A stretch of DNA of 64,000 nucleotides. It comes from Phycisphaerales bacterium (GTDB lineage: Bacteria > Planctomycetota > Phycisphaerae > Phycisphaerales > UBA1924). The position numbers and the translations under genes were made by a program. Location: NCBI GenBank assembly GCA_965227775.1, contig OZ245777.1:2432001-2496000 (forward strand). The letters are read 5' to 3'. Below are positions 20,965 to 30,820 of the stretch, piece by piece. The number at the start of each line of letters is the position of its first letter. Position 1 is the stretch's first letter. The notes below the pieces were generated by a model. That model was not told the origin of the DNA. It did not search any database and worked only from the letters and a program-made list of their open reading frames with translations.

Positions 20965-23900
20965 CTATCGATCCTCGAACTCGTCGCGCGTGCGCTTCTT
21001 GGCCTTGAGCAGACGCGACATGCCCTGCTCTTCTTCTTCCGACGCTGCATCCTGCTTGGGCTTGGGAGCCTGCTTCGGCACGCCGTCGGCGGCGCCTTCG
21101 ACAACGCTGCCCTTCTGCCGCTTGAGATCCTCGTCTGAGACCTCGAAGCGTGCCTTCGCGGTCGCCTGTTGCTCGCTGGCCCGCATCGCGGCGCGGACCT
21201 TCTGGCTCGGGCCCTCGTCGGGGCGCTTCAGGCGGTCCTGGGCCTTGGCCCGTGCGGCTCGCAGCGCGTCGATCTGCTGAGACTGGGTCTGCTGCTTGGA
21301 GTTCAGCGCTTTTTGCACGAATCGGCCGATGCCGCGGACGTCGACGCGGACACGCCGGACACCCACGTCGAGTAGGAAGAGCCCGATGCCGATCATCGCG
21401 ACGAGCAGCCAGATGCTCTGCAGCGCGACGGGCATCTCCAGGCCCTGTCGACGCCACGGGTTGGTTGTTTCATCAACCGCGTCTGGGGACAGCACCTGCC
21501 CGCCCGTGATCTCGGCGACCTGGCGGAGCAGCGCCTCGTTCGTGCGGGTTGCGCGGAACTCGTCGGCGAATGGTCGGTCGATGGCCGCTCGGGCCGTGCC
21601 GCGAAGGCGCTGGCCGTCGCTCCCGGGGGCGTCGTAATTCAGGCTCAGCAGGTACGAGCCAGACAGCTCGGTCTGGTAGACACCTTCATAGATGCCAGGC
21701 CCGGTCTGCTGGAGCGAGACATCGATGCCCGTGCCATCAGGCGCCGCCAGGCGCCCATTGATGGTCGCGAAGTTCATCCGCTGGCCTGCGGCGTCCGTTG
21801 CCTCGACGACGACGCGGGTGCGATCCCCTTCGCGCGTGGTGACAACGCGGACGTTCGCGTCGCCGCTCGCACGCATGGTCCAGCGGACGTGCTGCTCCCA
21901 GAACTGCTTGTAATCACCCCAGGCCAGCCACATCGGGTTCCAGCGGCTGAGCGCGTCGCTCGTGTAGGTGATGACGCGACCCAGACCGTGCTGCCACTGG
22001 GCCATCACCGGGTCGTTCTCTTGCCCGCGCATCGTGACGACCGACATGCCCTCGCGATCGCCGGCGACGACATATCCGCTGATTGGCGGCACGCCCCTGA
22101 TGCCTCGTGAAGCTTCGGTCAGACCGGGCGTGAACGCGGGCACAAACGGCGTCCCTTCCCAGACAAGCGGCCGGCTGATCGTCTGAGCCTCGCGGATGAA
22201 GATCTCGGGAAGTTGCGCCTTGCTGTTGGCGATCGTCACCGGGTAGTACCGGCCCTTGGTCGCCGCGGCGATCTCCTGCATGAGCGCGTCGTTGCTGAAA
22301 TCGCCGATCGTGACGGTCGAGATCGAGATATTGGTCTGCAGGGCCCGGCGGATGATTGTCTGGAATTCGCGGCTGCTGCCCATCGTCTGGCCGTCGCTCA
22401 GCACGATGATGTGCTTGACGGCCGCGGGCGCGTTCTCCAGTTGTTCGAGCGCCATGATCAGGCCGGGAGCCATATTCGTGCCGCCGCCGACCTGCATGCG
22501 CCGGATTGCCGAGGCGAACGCGCCGCGATCGGAGAGCTCGGCCAGCGGCATGACGAGGCCGGCCGAGCTATCGAAGCGGATAACCGATGCCATGTCGCGG
22601 GCCGACAGCGTGTTGATGCCCGCCAGCGCGCCCTCTTTGGCGATATCAAGCTGGCTCTGCCCGAGCCCGCCCACGCTACCGCCCATCGAACCGGAAGTAT
22701 CGATCACGATCGCGATCGCGCCCTTGGGGAGCTGTCGCTTCTGCGGCGGGTCGAGACGGATGGGCAGCGCGTCCTCGAGGGGGCTGTTGATCCACCCACC
22801 AGCGCCAAACGCGTTCGGCCCGCCCATCATGACCAGGCCGCCACCCGCGTCATGTACATATTGGCGGAGCTGATCCATCGCCATGCGGCTGAAGTTCGCC
22901 GCCGGCTGATTCATGAGCACGATCGCGTCGTACGCACCCAAACCCACGAGGCTGTCGGGCATCGCTGCAGAGGGCCGGGCCTCGACCATGACCCCGGCCT
23001 CGGTCAATGCCGAAACAAACGGCTGGGCCGTCGGCGGATCCTCGACGAGCACGAGCACCTTGCCCTCGCCTGCGACGAACGTGGTCGCCAAGGCTCGGTT
23101 GTTCTCAAGAATGGTATCGCTCGCTGCGGCAGCATCGGGCTCGAAGATCGCCTCGAACCGCAGCACCTCGGTGCTCGGAATGCGGATCGGCACGACGAAG
23201 GTGTTCAGGCCCGGATCGAGATCGACGCGAACGCCCGGGCCGGGTCCTTCGGCGGCGATGTTGATTGGTGAGCCGTTCGCGGTGATTGTGAGCGTGCCGC
23301 TGCTCGTGCTGTTCGAGCGCATGGCCACGCGGAGGTTGGCGTTCTCGCCCATGCGCGCCGTCGCGGGAGCCAGGATCTGCTCGACGATCACCTCATCCTG
23401 GTAGTTGTACCGCAGCGGGAGCACGTCGATCGGCACACCCTGCGCGCGGGCCGAACGCGCTTCGGCGAGAAGGTCGCCCGTCGTCTCGTTGCCATCGGTC
23501 ATGAGCACGACGCGGTATGCGGCGTCGGTTGGGCGCACCGCCAGGGCGAGGCGGATGGCTTCGGCGATGTTCGTCTGGTCGGTGCGGCCCGCAAATGCCC
23601 GGTCGATCTCGGGCGTCATCGTCCTGGGCAGGTGCTCGATGATCGCTTCGCCCGCGACGGCAACCGCGCCGATGCGGTCGGTGGGCTCTTTGCCCTGCTC
23701 GGCGGCCTCGCGTACGAACGAGCGCGCTCGTTCTTGCACGCTGGTTGGCACCGAGCGGCTCATGTCGACGACGATGGTGGCGGCGACGTCTTCGGCCGCA
23801 TCGCGAGAGGACGGTCGTGCCAGCGATGCGACGAGCATGGCGATGACCAGCAGTCGCACGCCCAGAGCGACGCGACGGCCATTGGTCGCCATGCCCGACA

Positions 23901-24015
23901 GGCTTTTCCGTCCGATGACAACTGCCAACGGGATGAGGATTGCCAGCAGCCAGAACCACTGGGGCTGAGCAAACTCCACGGGTCCGACCCTTAGGACCGC
24001 CAGCACCGCTAGCAA
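20965..24015 (-). CDS. Large membrane-anchored double-vWA / glutamine amidotransferase-like protein
   Basis: Two MIDAS motifs (DMSRS..TDGNE; DTSGS..LSDG); GGGLVMMGGPNAFGAGGW; N- and C-terminal TMs. Start approximate. Confidence 0.85.
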   Translation of the reverse strand: MLAVLAVLRVGPVEFAQPQWFWLLAILIPLAVVIGRKSLSGMATNGRRVALGVRLLVIAMLVASLARPSSRDAAEDVAATIVVDMSRSVPTSVQERARSFVREAAEQGKEPTDRIGAVAVAGEAIIEHLPRTMTPEIDRAFAGRTDQTNIAEAIRLALAVRPTDAAYRVVLMTDGNETTGDLLAEARSARAQGVPIDVLPLRYNYQDEVIVEQILAPATARMGENANLRVAMRSNSTSSGTLTITANGSPINIAAEGPGPGVRVDLDPGLNTFVVPIRIPSTEVLRFEAIFEPDAAAASDTILENNRALATTFVAGEGKVLVLVEDPPTAQPFVSALTEAGVMVEARPSAAMPDSLVGLGAYDAIVLMNQPAANFSRMAMDQLRQYVHDAGGGLVMMGGPNAFGAGGWINSPLEDALPIRLDPPQKRQLPKGAIAIVIDTSGSMGGSVGGLGQSQLDIAKEGALAGINTLSARDMASVIRFDSSAGLVMPLAELSDRGAFASAIRRMQVGGGTNMAPGLIMALEQLENAPAAVKHIIVLSDGQTMGSSREFQTIIRRALQTNISISTVTIGDFSNDALMQEIAAATKGRYYPVTIANSKAQLPEIFIREAQTISRPLVWEGTPFVPAFTPGLTEASRGIRGVPPISGYVVAGDREGMSVVTMRGQENDPVMAQWQHGLGRVITYTSDALSRWNPMWLAWGDYKQFWEQHVRWTMRASGDANVRVVTTREGDRTRVVVEATDAAGQRMNFATINGRLAAPDGTGIDVSLQQTGPGIYEGVYQTELSGSYLLSLNYDAPGSDGQRLRGTARAAIDRPFADEFRATRTNEALLRQVAEITGGQVLSPDAVDETTNPWRRQGLEMPVALQSIWLLVAMIGIGLFLLDVGVRRVRVDVRGIGRFVQKALNSKQQTQSQQIDALRAARAKAQDRLKRPDEGPSQKVRAAMRASEQQATAKARFEVSDEDLKRQKGSVVEGAADGVPKQAPKPKQDAASEEEEQGMSRLLKAKKRTRDEFEDR

Positions 24016-24360
24016 GAGCCACCCCGCCGATGCAGGGCCGCAGCCGTCGCGGGTGTCATAAGGGATCGGGGAGGCAACATTGAGTGCTGGGTCTCGGATT
24101 GGCTCGGGCGATGGCGAGAATTCGCCTGCTCCCCGATCCTACCGAGATGTCCCGCAAGGGGTTCAAATTGGGCGGCGAAATCGGATTGGACGGACCAGAA
24201 GTCCAAACAAAAAGCTGATCTTGGTGGTGCTCATCTTGACAGCTGCCCGAAACGGATCAACTCGAACGGGCATAAACCCCGTCAAGGACTGCCGTGTCGT
24301 GCTGCGTCCGCATCGTGGATAGGGGTTCCTCCCTGCTCAGAGGATAGAGGGGTATCAATT

Positions 24361-25068
24361 ATGAAGAAGACGATCGCTTTCGCTTCGTTGCTCGCCGTCC
24401 CTGCCGTCGCGTTGGCCCAGGTCACGCCCGTGGGCCCATTCACCGGTGACCTGCAAGAGGGCTTTGACGCCCTTCCCGGCGGCTTCCCGCCGTCCCATCC
24501 GGTGTTCGATGGCACCGCAGAGATGATCAGCACCGGCGGCTCGATGCACACGACGTCAGGTTGGGGCTTCATGTGCACGATCCGCGCGTTCGAAGGTTCC
24601 CGTCTGGCCGCCTCGGCCGGTGGTTTCGTGATCTACGAGTTCACCGATGAGGTGGGCATGTTCGGCGGCTACTTCGGCACCAACGCCGATACCAGCGGCC
24701 CGGACGCCACCGCTCGCTTCCTGGACGCCTCGGGCGCTGTCGTTGACACGGCGACCATCGAGATCGACCCAGACTGCGCCTGGCGTTGGAACGGCTGGGA
24801 GGTTGCCGGCGGCGTCACGAGCATCGAGATCGAGGGTGCGGTCTTCGGCGGCGCGTTCGTCCAGATGGACTCGATGGAGCTGACCTACGGCAGCGCCAGC
24901 TGCTACGCCGACTTCGACGGCGATGGCGACCTGACCATTTTCGACTTCCTCGCGTTCCAGAACGCCTTCGACGCCAGCGATTTGGCTGCCGATTGCGATG
25001 GCGACGGCGACCTGACCATCTTCGACTTCCTTTGCTTCCAGAACGCGTTCGACGCGGGCTGCGAGTAG
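24361..25068 (+). CDS. Secreted protein with C-terminal GC-type dockerin
   Basis: Signal peptide MKKTIAFASLLAVPAVALA; ends CYADFDGDGDLTIFDFLAFQNAFDASDLAADCDGDGDLTIFDFLCFQNAFDAGCE. Confidence 0.9.
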   Translation: MKKTIAFASLLAVPAVALAQVTPVGPFTGDLQEGFDALPGGFPPSHPVFDGTAEMISTGGSMHTTSGWGFMCTIRAFEGSRLAASAGGFVIYEFTDEVGMFGGYFGTNADTSGPDATARFLDASGAVVDTATIEIDPDCAWRWNGWEVAGGVTSIEIEGAVFGGAFVQMDSMELTYGSASCYADFDGDGDLTIFDFLAFQNAFDASDLAADCDGDGDLTIFDFLCFQNAFDAGCE

Positions 25069-25118
25069 ATCCCCAGGCCGAAATCGGCCTGCTCGCGGAG
25101 CACAGTTCCTGCTGACCC

Positions 25119-25149
25119 AACCACCCCCGCGAACGCGGGGGTGGTTTTT
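25119..25149 (+). terminator. Rho-independent terminator
   Basis: AACCACCCCCGC-GAAC-GCGGGGGTGGTT followed by T tract. Confidence 0.8.
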
Positions 25150-25212
25150 CGATGCGATGCCGGGGGCTTGAGGTCTTATAACAACAATCTCTGGAACCAG
25201 TTTCCGGTCCTT

Positions 25213-25240
25213 TCAAGTACCCAGTCGGCTCGCCCGATTC
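25213..25240 (+). promoter_or_regulatory. Possible sigma28 (FliA)-type promoter
   Basis: TCAAG-N15-CCCGATTC upstream of the chemotaxis-like operon. Confidence 0.35.
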
Positions 25241-25277
25241 TCGATGGGGACCCACCATCACCGAAGAGGGCCATCCG

Positions 25278-25676
25278 ATGAACAAAGGGCTCGAAGATGC
25301 CCTCCGCGAGGGCGCCCGACACGTGCTCTGGACGACAATGCAGCTTCCGGCTGAGGAAGCAACGTCTGAATACCAAGATGACCACGCCGCTGTGCGCGTG
25401 GAGGCGCGCTCCGGCAAGGGGCACCGTCTGACCCTGGCTGCGGGTTCCGAAACTGCTGATCGCCTCGTGTCGCTCTTCAGTGGCCGCGAAGCGGGCGCCG
25501 ACGACGATGCTTGTGAAGATGCACTCACCGAATTGGCGTCCATGATCCTGTCTCAGGCAATCGCGATCCCGCACACCGACTCTGGCGCCCGCATCGATAT
25601 GCACACCGAGCACGGTGCGCTCTCGATGCTGATCGAGCGTGACGTCCCAAGTTCCCACGGAGCCCCACAGTCATGA
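25278..25676 (+). CDS. CheX-like protein (degenerate)
   Basis: EDALTELASMI resembles CheX DAxxExxNMI; ATGA-coupled to a CheY-like gene. Confidence 0.5.
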   Translation: MNKGLEDALREGARHVLWTTMQLPAEEATSEYQDDHAAVRVEARSGKGHRLTLAAGSETADRLVSLFSGREAGADDDACEDALTELASMILSQAIAIPHTDSGARIDMHTEHGALSMLIERDVPSSHGAPQS

Positions 25677-26053
25677 AGATCTTGCTCATCGATGACTCAA
25701 GAACGATGCGTGATATCGCACGCTCGGTGCTGGTCCAGCTTGGCGACGTTGAAGTGCTGGAAGCCTCGAGTGGCGAGGATGGACTGAACATGGCTCGGAC
25801 GATGGTGCCAGATCTCGTGTTAGTCGACGACACGATGCCGGGCATGGATGGCCTTGCGTTCGTCCGGGCGCTTCGCGAGGATGACGATGCAACGCCCGTC
25901 GTGCTTGTGGGCTCAGATAACCGCCAGGAACGTGTCGTCGATGCCGTCAAGGCAGGTGCGAGCAACTACATCGCCAAGCCCTACACGCCCGACCTGTTGA
26001 GCCAGCGCGTGCAAGAGACGTTGAGCACGGCAACACCCCGGCTCGCTTCGTAA
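25673..26053 (+). CDS. Stand-alone response regulator (CheY-like)
   Basis: ILLIDDS, LVLVDDTMPGMDG, YIAKPYT. Confidence 0.9.
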   Translation: MKILLIDDSRTMRDIARSVLVQLGDVEVLEASSGEDGLNMARTMVPDLVLVDDTMPGMDGLAFVRALREDDDATPVVLVGSDNRQERVVDAVKAGASNYIAKPYTPDLLSQRVQETLSTATPRLAS

Positions 26054-26064
26054 GGGCTGCACCG

Positions 26065-27561
26065 TTGAACATCGAGGCATTCGAACAAGCCGCAAGCCTG
26101 ACGGTGTCCTCTGACAGCGTGCGTGCCACGCTGCGCATCGAGCCGAACGAGGGCAATGCGCAGGCCACGATCGACGCTGTTGAGGCCATCTTGACCAGCC
26201 AGGGCATCGCCGAAGATCAGCGGTCGCAGGCGGAGATCGAGAAGCTCGTGGAATCCGTCCGCAGCGACCCAGCGTCGCCCGCCGAGGCATTGGTCGCCGA
26301 AGGCGTCGCGGCGACGCATGGTACCGACGGTCGTTTCGAGATGGCTCCGGAACTCGAGCCACCAGAGCCGCCTCCGGCATCGGGGCCAGATGACTCCGCA
26401 GTCGATCACTACGCGTTCACATCCATCGTGGTTGTCCGCGAGGGTCAGACGCTGGGCGTGCTGCACGCGCCCACGGCTCCCGTGGACGGCGTCGATGTCT
26501 ACGGGGCGCCCATCAAGGCCGACCAAGGCAATGACGCTCCGATGCGGTGCGACGAGAGCGTGGACATGTTGCACGACGGCACGCTCGTTGCGCGGCAGAG
26601 TGGTTGCTTGCGGGTTGGCGAAGGCCGGATTTCTGTAGAAGCCATGCTCGAGATCGAGGACTCGGTCGACTTTGGCACCGGCAACGTGGACTTTCCCGGC
26701 GACGTCCAGGTTCGCGAGGGCATTTGCGATAAGTTCAAGGTGTTGGTGGGCGGCGATCTCGAGGTCCAGGAACTCGTCGAGGCGGCGTTCCTCGATATCG
26801 CTGGCTCGGCCGTCCTGCATCGCGGCATGACCGGGCGCAACAAGGGCACGCTCTCGGTGGGGGGCAATCTGAACGTGGGGTACCTCGACGCAACCGTCGT
26901 CCACGTTGGCCACGACCTATGCGTGCGAAAGGAGCTCTCCAACTGTACGACGACCGTGGGCCGCTATGTACGGTCGCCGGAGTGCGTGGTGGTGAGCGGA
27001 GAACTGTCGTTCCGTTTCGGGTGCCACGTGCGAACGCTGGGCGGCGAGGCCGAGACCGAAACGCTGGTACGCATCGGGTGCGATCCGGAACTGGACGCCC
27101 AGTCGAGGCTGCTCGAAAATACGCTGCAAGACACTGCCGGACAATTGGAAAAGCTCCGGGGACATATTGCTGAAGCCAGCGCCGACTTGGTCCCGAGGAT
27201 GGAAGCCGAGATTGCGCACCTCGAGGCACGCGGTCCCACCATCCGAGCGGCCCTTGAGCGTGTGTTGGCTGCGTACGAGCGCATGGCCGGCGTCGTCCTT
27301 CGCGTCGAACGGTCGATCATGCCCGGCGTCACGCTCACCATCGGCACGCAAGCGGCCACCGTTCGCCAGGCCATCCCCGGTCCGGTCGAGGTCTTGCTGG
27401 ACGAAGAAGAGACGATGGTGTTCCGCAGTCCCGGATCGAAGTCCAACACACCGCTTGCCAGCAAGGCGGTCATGCACGTGGACCGCGAGGCCATCGATCT
27501 TGACGACCTGCGTCGATGGCTGGACAGCGCACTGCTGCGACCGTCCGAGAATGCCGCCTAA
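26065..27561 (+). CDS. FapA (DUF342) family flagellar assembly protein
   Basis: GTDGRFE, VDHY..IVVVREGQTL..PT..DGVDVYG, VDFGTGNVDFPGDVQV, IMPGVTLTIG. Confidence 0.8.
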   Translation: MNIEAFEQAASLTVSSDSVRATLRIEPNEGNAQATIDAVEAILTSQGIAEDQRSQAEIEKLVESVRSDPASPAEALVAEGVAATHGTDGRFEMAPELEPPEPPPASGPDDSAVDHYAFTSIVVVREGQTLGVLHAPTAPVDGVDVYGAPIKADQGNDAPMRCDESVDMLHDGTLVARQSGCLRVGEGRISVEAMLEIEDSVDFGTGNVDFPGDVQVREGICDKFKVLVGGDLEVQELVEAAFLDIAGSAVLHRGMTGRNKGTLSVGGNLNVGYLDATVVHVGHDLCVRKELSNCTTTVGRYVRSPECVVVSGELSFRFGCHVRTLGGEAETETLVRIGCDPELDAQSRLLENTLQDTAGQLEKLRGHIAEASADLVPRMEAEIAHLEARGPTIRAALERVLAAYERMAGVVLRVERSIMPGVTLTIGTQAATVRQAIPGPVEVLLDEEETMVFRSPGSKSNTPLASKAVMHVDREAIDLDDLRRWLDSALLRPSENAA

Positions 27562-27631
27562 GGGCGTGTTTCACGGCTCGACGGCCACCCGATGTTCGGG
27601 ATAACTGGTAAACCAATAGGAGGTTTCTCGT

Positions 27632-27659
27632 TGAATCGCCGCCGTGTGCGGGCCGATGA
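27632..27659 (+). promoter_or_regulatory. Possible sigma28-type promoter
   Basis: TGAAT-N15-GCCGATGA upstream of the PilZ gene. Confidence 0.3.
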
Positions 27660-27731
27660 GTAAACCGATGAAAGTCAGTTGCCCGCTTTGAAAACCCGTG
27701 GCCTGATGTACTGGACACGGAGGCTCAAAGC

Positions 27732-28109
27732 ATGATGCGGTGGCCCTACATGAGACCCGAACCTGCCCAGCCGGACCCGAAGCAGCAGCGTCGCACCGGG
27801 CGCATTGCTCCCGAGGGCGTTCAGTGCGATCTTGGTACCGTGCTCGATCTCTCTGCCGGTGGCGTGAAGCTCAGCGGCAAGGGACACCCTCCAGGCGACG
27901 TGGGCGACAAGCTCTCACTCCGTCTCGATTGGGGCATGGGCAAGCTTGACTTCGAGGGCGTGATCACCCGCGTCGAGAAGCGGTTGTTCTTCGGTTGGGT
28001 CATGGGGGTCAAGTTCGAGAACCTCACGACCGCACGCAAGCAATCGCTCTCGAAGGCGGCCATGCTCGCGGCCAGTGGCGAGATCACCCAGTGGTCCCGG
28101 GCGAGCTGA
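27732..28109 (+). CDS. Stand-alone PilZ domain protein
   Basis: QRRTGR (RxxxR) and DLSAGG (DxSxxG), GVKF; GGAGG RBS. Confidence 0.85.
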   Translation: MMRWPYMRPEPAQPDPKQQRRTGRIAPEGVQCDLGTVLDLSAGGVKLSGKGHPPGDVGDKLSLRLDWGMGKLDFEGVITRVEKRLFFGWVMGVKFENLTTARKQSLSKAAMLAASGEITQWSRAS

Positions 28110-29187
28110 CGTCCGTGAGGTGAGCGGCGCAACGCGTCCAGATCTGCGTTGCTCTCTTCGCGTCTGCTGTTGATACGTCCATGTGGAACACGGCCCGCAC
28201 TCGGCCGTCGCCCTCGCTCAGTATGCGAACCCCGTCACGTTCGAGCAATGTGCAGAACTCGTCAGCGAGGCGCTGCTGGGTTTCCAGCGGAGCGTCGGGT
28301 GCAAGCCGGGCAAAGACGATGTTCGTGCGCACGTTTGCCGGGTCGAGTGCCATTCCCGGACACCCGGTCACTGCGTCGGCAAGCTCACGAGCGTTGGCGT
28401 GGTCATCGGTGAGCCGATCGATGTGGTGATCGAGGGCGTGGAGTGCGCCCGCCGCAATCACGCCCGACTGCCGCATGGCGCCACCAAGCAGCTTCCTCCA
28501 GCGGCGAGCGATCGCAACCGTCCTGGCATCGGAAGCCAGGGCCGAGCCAACCGGAGCACCCAGGCCCTTCGAGAAGCACACGCTCACGCTGTTGGTGCCC
28601 TCGACGAGGCGTGGCAGCGGCGTGCCGGTCGCGACGCTGGCATTCCAAATCCGGGCGCCGTCTACGTGCATCCGCAGGCCCAGTGATCTGGCTTCCTCAG
28701 CGATGGCATCAATCGCGTCGAGGTCCCACACGTGTCCGCCGCCCTTGTTGTGGGTGTTCTCGATCGCGACGAACCGGGTCGGGGGGCAGTGCTGGTCTTC
28801 GAAGCGGAAGTTTCTGCGCAGCGTCTGTGGAGTAAACTGGCCGCGCTCGCCCGGCACGAGCCGGATCGAGCATCCTGCGACAGCAGCATACCCGCCCGTC
28901 TCCCAGTGGTAGATGTGAGATTGCTCGTGGGCGACGATCTCTTCGCCCGGGTTGGTCTGCGTCTTGATCGCCAGCAAGTTGGCCATCGTGCCGCTTGGCA
29001 CAAAGATCGCAGCTTCCTTGCCAAGCATCTCGGCGACCCGGTCCTCGAGTTCGCGAACGGTCGGGTCGCCCTCTTGCACGTCGTCGCCCACTGCGGCCCG
29101 GGCCATGGCCTCGCGCATCGCACCGGTGGGCCTGGTGACCGTGTCGCTGCGAAGATCGATCGAGAGTTTTTTGTCGGCGTCGGCCAT
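28084..29187 (-). CDS. ltaE: Low-specificity L-threonine aldolase
   Basis: IDLRSDTVT, AVGDDV, PSGTMAN, IENTHN, HVDGARIWNA, CFSKGLGAPVGS, GGAMRQSG. Confidence 0.92.
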   Translation of the reverse strand: MADADKKLSIDLRSDTVTRPTGAMREAMARAAVGDDVQEGDPTVRELEDRVAEMLGKEAAIFVPSGTMANLLAIKTQTNPGEEIVAHEQSHIYHWETGGYAAVAGCSIRLVPGERGQFTPQTLRRNFRFEDQHCPPTRFVAIENTHNKGGGHVWDLDAIDAIAEEARSLGLRMHVDGARIWNASVATGTPLPRLVEGTNSVSVCFSKGLGAPVGSALASDARTVAIARRWRKLLGGAMRQSGVIAAGALHALDHHIDRLTDDHANARELADAVTGCPGMALDPANVRTNIVFARLAPDAPLETQQRLADEFCTLLERDGVRILSEGDGRVRAVFHMDVSTADAKRATQIWTRCAAHLTDVSSPGTTG

Positions 29188-29204
29188 TGGCATCTCCTGG
29201 CGGA

Positions 29205-30632
29205 TTAGGCGCTCGTTCTGCTCGGTGGGGCCGTCTCGTAGGGTTCCTCGCGAATGCGCTTGCGGACAGCGGGATCCTTGGCCAGCACAAAGAATGCAGC
29301 CGTGCCGCAACCGGCGATGAACAGGCACAGCCCGTACGTCCAGGCGCCCGGGTCGAATCCGAAGCCGGAACTCGCGGCGATCGTGTAGATCGAGACACCC
29401 AGCATCGGCGCCATGGCGCCGCGCACACCTGTGAGCGTCACGTGCACGCCCATGTACTGCGACTCGCGTCCGGGTGGCGCGAAATCGAGGTGGCCCAGGT
29501 TCCAAGCCAGCACGCCACCGGCGAACGCGATGCCCTTCGCGATCACCGCGAGCACTACGAGCCAGACCTGTTCCGTCCATACGCCGGCGATCATCAGGCC
29601 CAGATTGGCCAGGAACGCCCAGCTATGGATCGTGCGGAATCGCACGATGTGCGTATGGTCGAGAAGCCGCGCCCACATGGGGATAAAGAAGGGCATCAGG
29701 CCCATTGGGATCGAACTGGCGATGAGGATACCCGCGAGGTAGCCCAAGCCGAATTGCTCTCGGAGCACGAGCACGAGGGGTGCGCCGGCCATCATGTTGC
29801 CCATGCCCAGGAGGAACTGTGCTCCCATGAATCGCGCAAACGGGCGGTCGTCTCTCAGCGTGCGGACGACCGACCATGGGTTGAGCGAGACCGACCTGCG
29901 AGCATCGGTCTTGCGCTCTCCGCTGAGCAACGACGCCTCGTGCCGAACGCGGATCTTGGAGTAGTGCCACACGCCTACGCCCGCGATGAGCACGCCGAGC
30001 GGCAGCATGACGCGGAAGGCGCGGTCGTCAAAGTCCATGGCTTGGCCGAGCCCGAGGCCGAGCAGTGCTAGCGAGAGCACCTGGATGGTGGCGAACTTGC
30101 CGGTTATCTGCGCGCGCACGTCGCGGCGGTAGTTGTACCGCCAGACGGTCGAGCGGATGGTAACCAGCCCCGCCCAGCACATCCGCCCGCCGATGACTGC
30201 CAGCGTGGTAAGGGCCAGGCCGAGCTCGTTGCGCGGACTAATGGCGATGAGCAGCACCAGGGCCATCAGGCCGAGCTGGAGCATGTTCATGAAGCGGACC
30301 TTGGGCGAGCCGTGGCTGAGCTTGACCCACAGGAAGCTCGTGATGTTGGCCATAGCCGGGGCGGCTGCGAGCATGCCGACGGCGAAGTTGAGCAGGACGC
30401 GGTCGACGCGTTCCTCGTAGGCAACGCGCACGAGCACGCTGATAATGGCACCCTCGGTGGCCGCCAAGGCGAACGGCAGGAACACCGCCGCAAGCGCCTC
30501 TCGGCGGTAGTTGGCCCGTGCCATCTGCGGGAGCGACTGTGGCAGGAAGCTCCACAACACCCGCAACGCGACAGAGCGCGAGGCCTTGCGAGCGGGCCTC
30601 GCGTCGGGCGTGGTCGGCGTGGTGGGGCTCAC
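29205..30632 (-). CDS. MFS transporter
   Basis: About 12 hydrophobic segments; YMGVHVTLTGVRG. Confidence 0.8.
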   Translation of the reverse strand: MSPTTPTTPDARPARKASRSVALRVLWSFLPQSLPQMARANYRREALAAVFLPFALAATEGAIISVLVRVAYEERVDRVLLNFAVGMLAAAPAMANITSFLWVKLSHGSPKVRFMNMLQLGLMALVLLIAISPRNELGLALTTLAVIGGRMCWAGLVTIRSTVWRYNYRRDVRAQITGKFATIQVLSLALLGLGLGQAMDFDDRAFRVMLPLGVLIAGVGVWHYSKIRVRHEASLLSGERKTDARRSVSLNPWSVVRTLRDDRPFARFMGAQFLLGMGNMMAGAPLVLVLREQFGLGYLAGILIASSIPMGLMPFFIPMWARLLDHTHIVRFRTIHSWAFLANLGLMIAGVWTEQVWLVVLAVIAKGIAFAGGVLAWNLGHLDFAPPGRESQYMGVHVTLTGVRGAMAPMLGVSIYTIAASSGFGFDPGAWTYGLCLFIAGCGTAAFFVLAKDPAVRKRIREEPYETAPPSRTSA

Positions 30633-30820
30633 TGGTCATCGTTGACCGTGGATCGTCCAAGGCAAGCGCTGCGGGTTGGCCCGAGGGGATCGACGGGCAT
30701 CCTCAGCCCGGTTCCGGGCCGTGCGCGATCTACAATGACAGCTTCGGGGCGGGCCCCGATCGGCCACCGTACCCGAATCAGCATCAGTAGCACCTTGCCC
30801 AGCCGGAGCACCACGACCGC

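Noticed and set aside
24063..24139. 11-bp perfect inverted repeat GGATCGGGGAG / CTCCCCGATCC
   Set aside because: Single occurrence, no target-site duplication or transposase; plausible by chance in GC-rich DNA.
27655..27715. Possible c-di-GMP-I riboswitch before the PilZ gene (GTAAAC-CGAT-GAAA-GTC...GGCCTGA)
   Set aside because: Only fragments match; the GGxxCGCAAAGC core and P1 pairing are missing. A cmsearch with the Rfam model would settle it.
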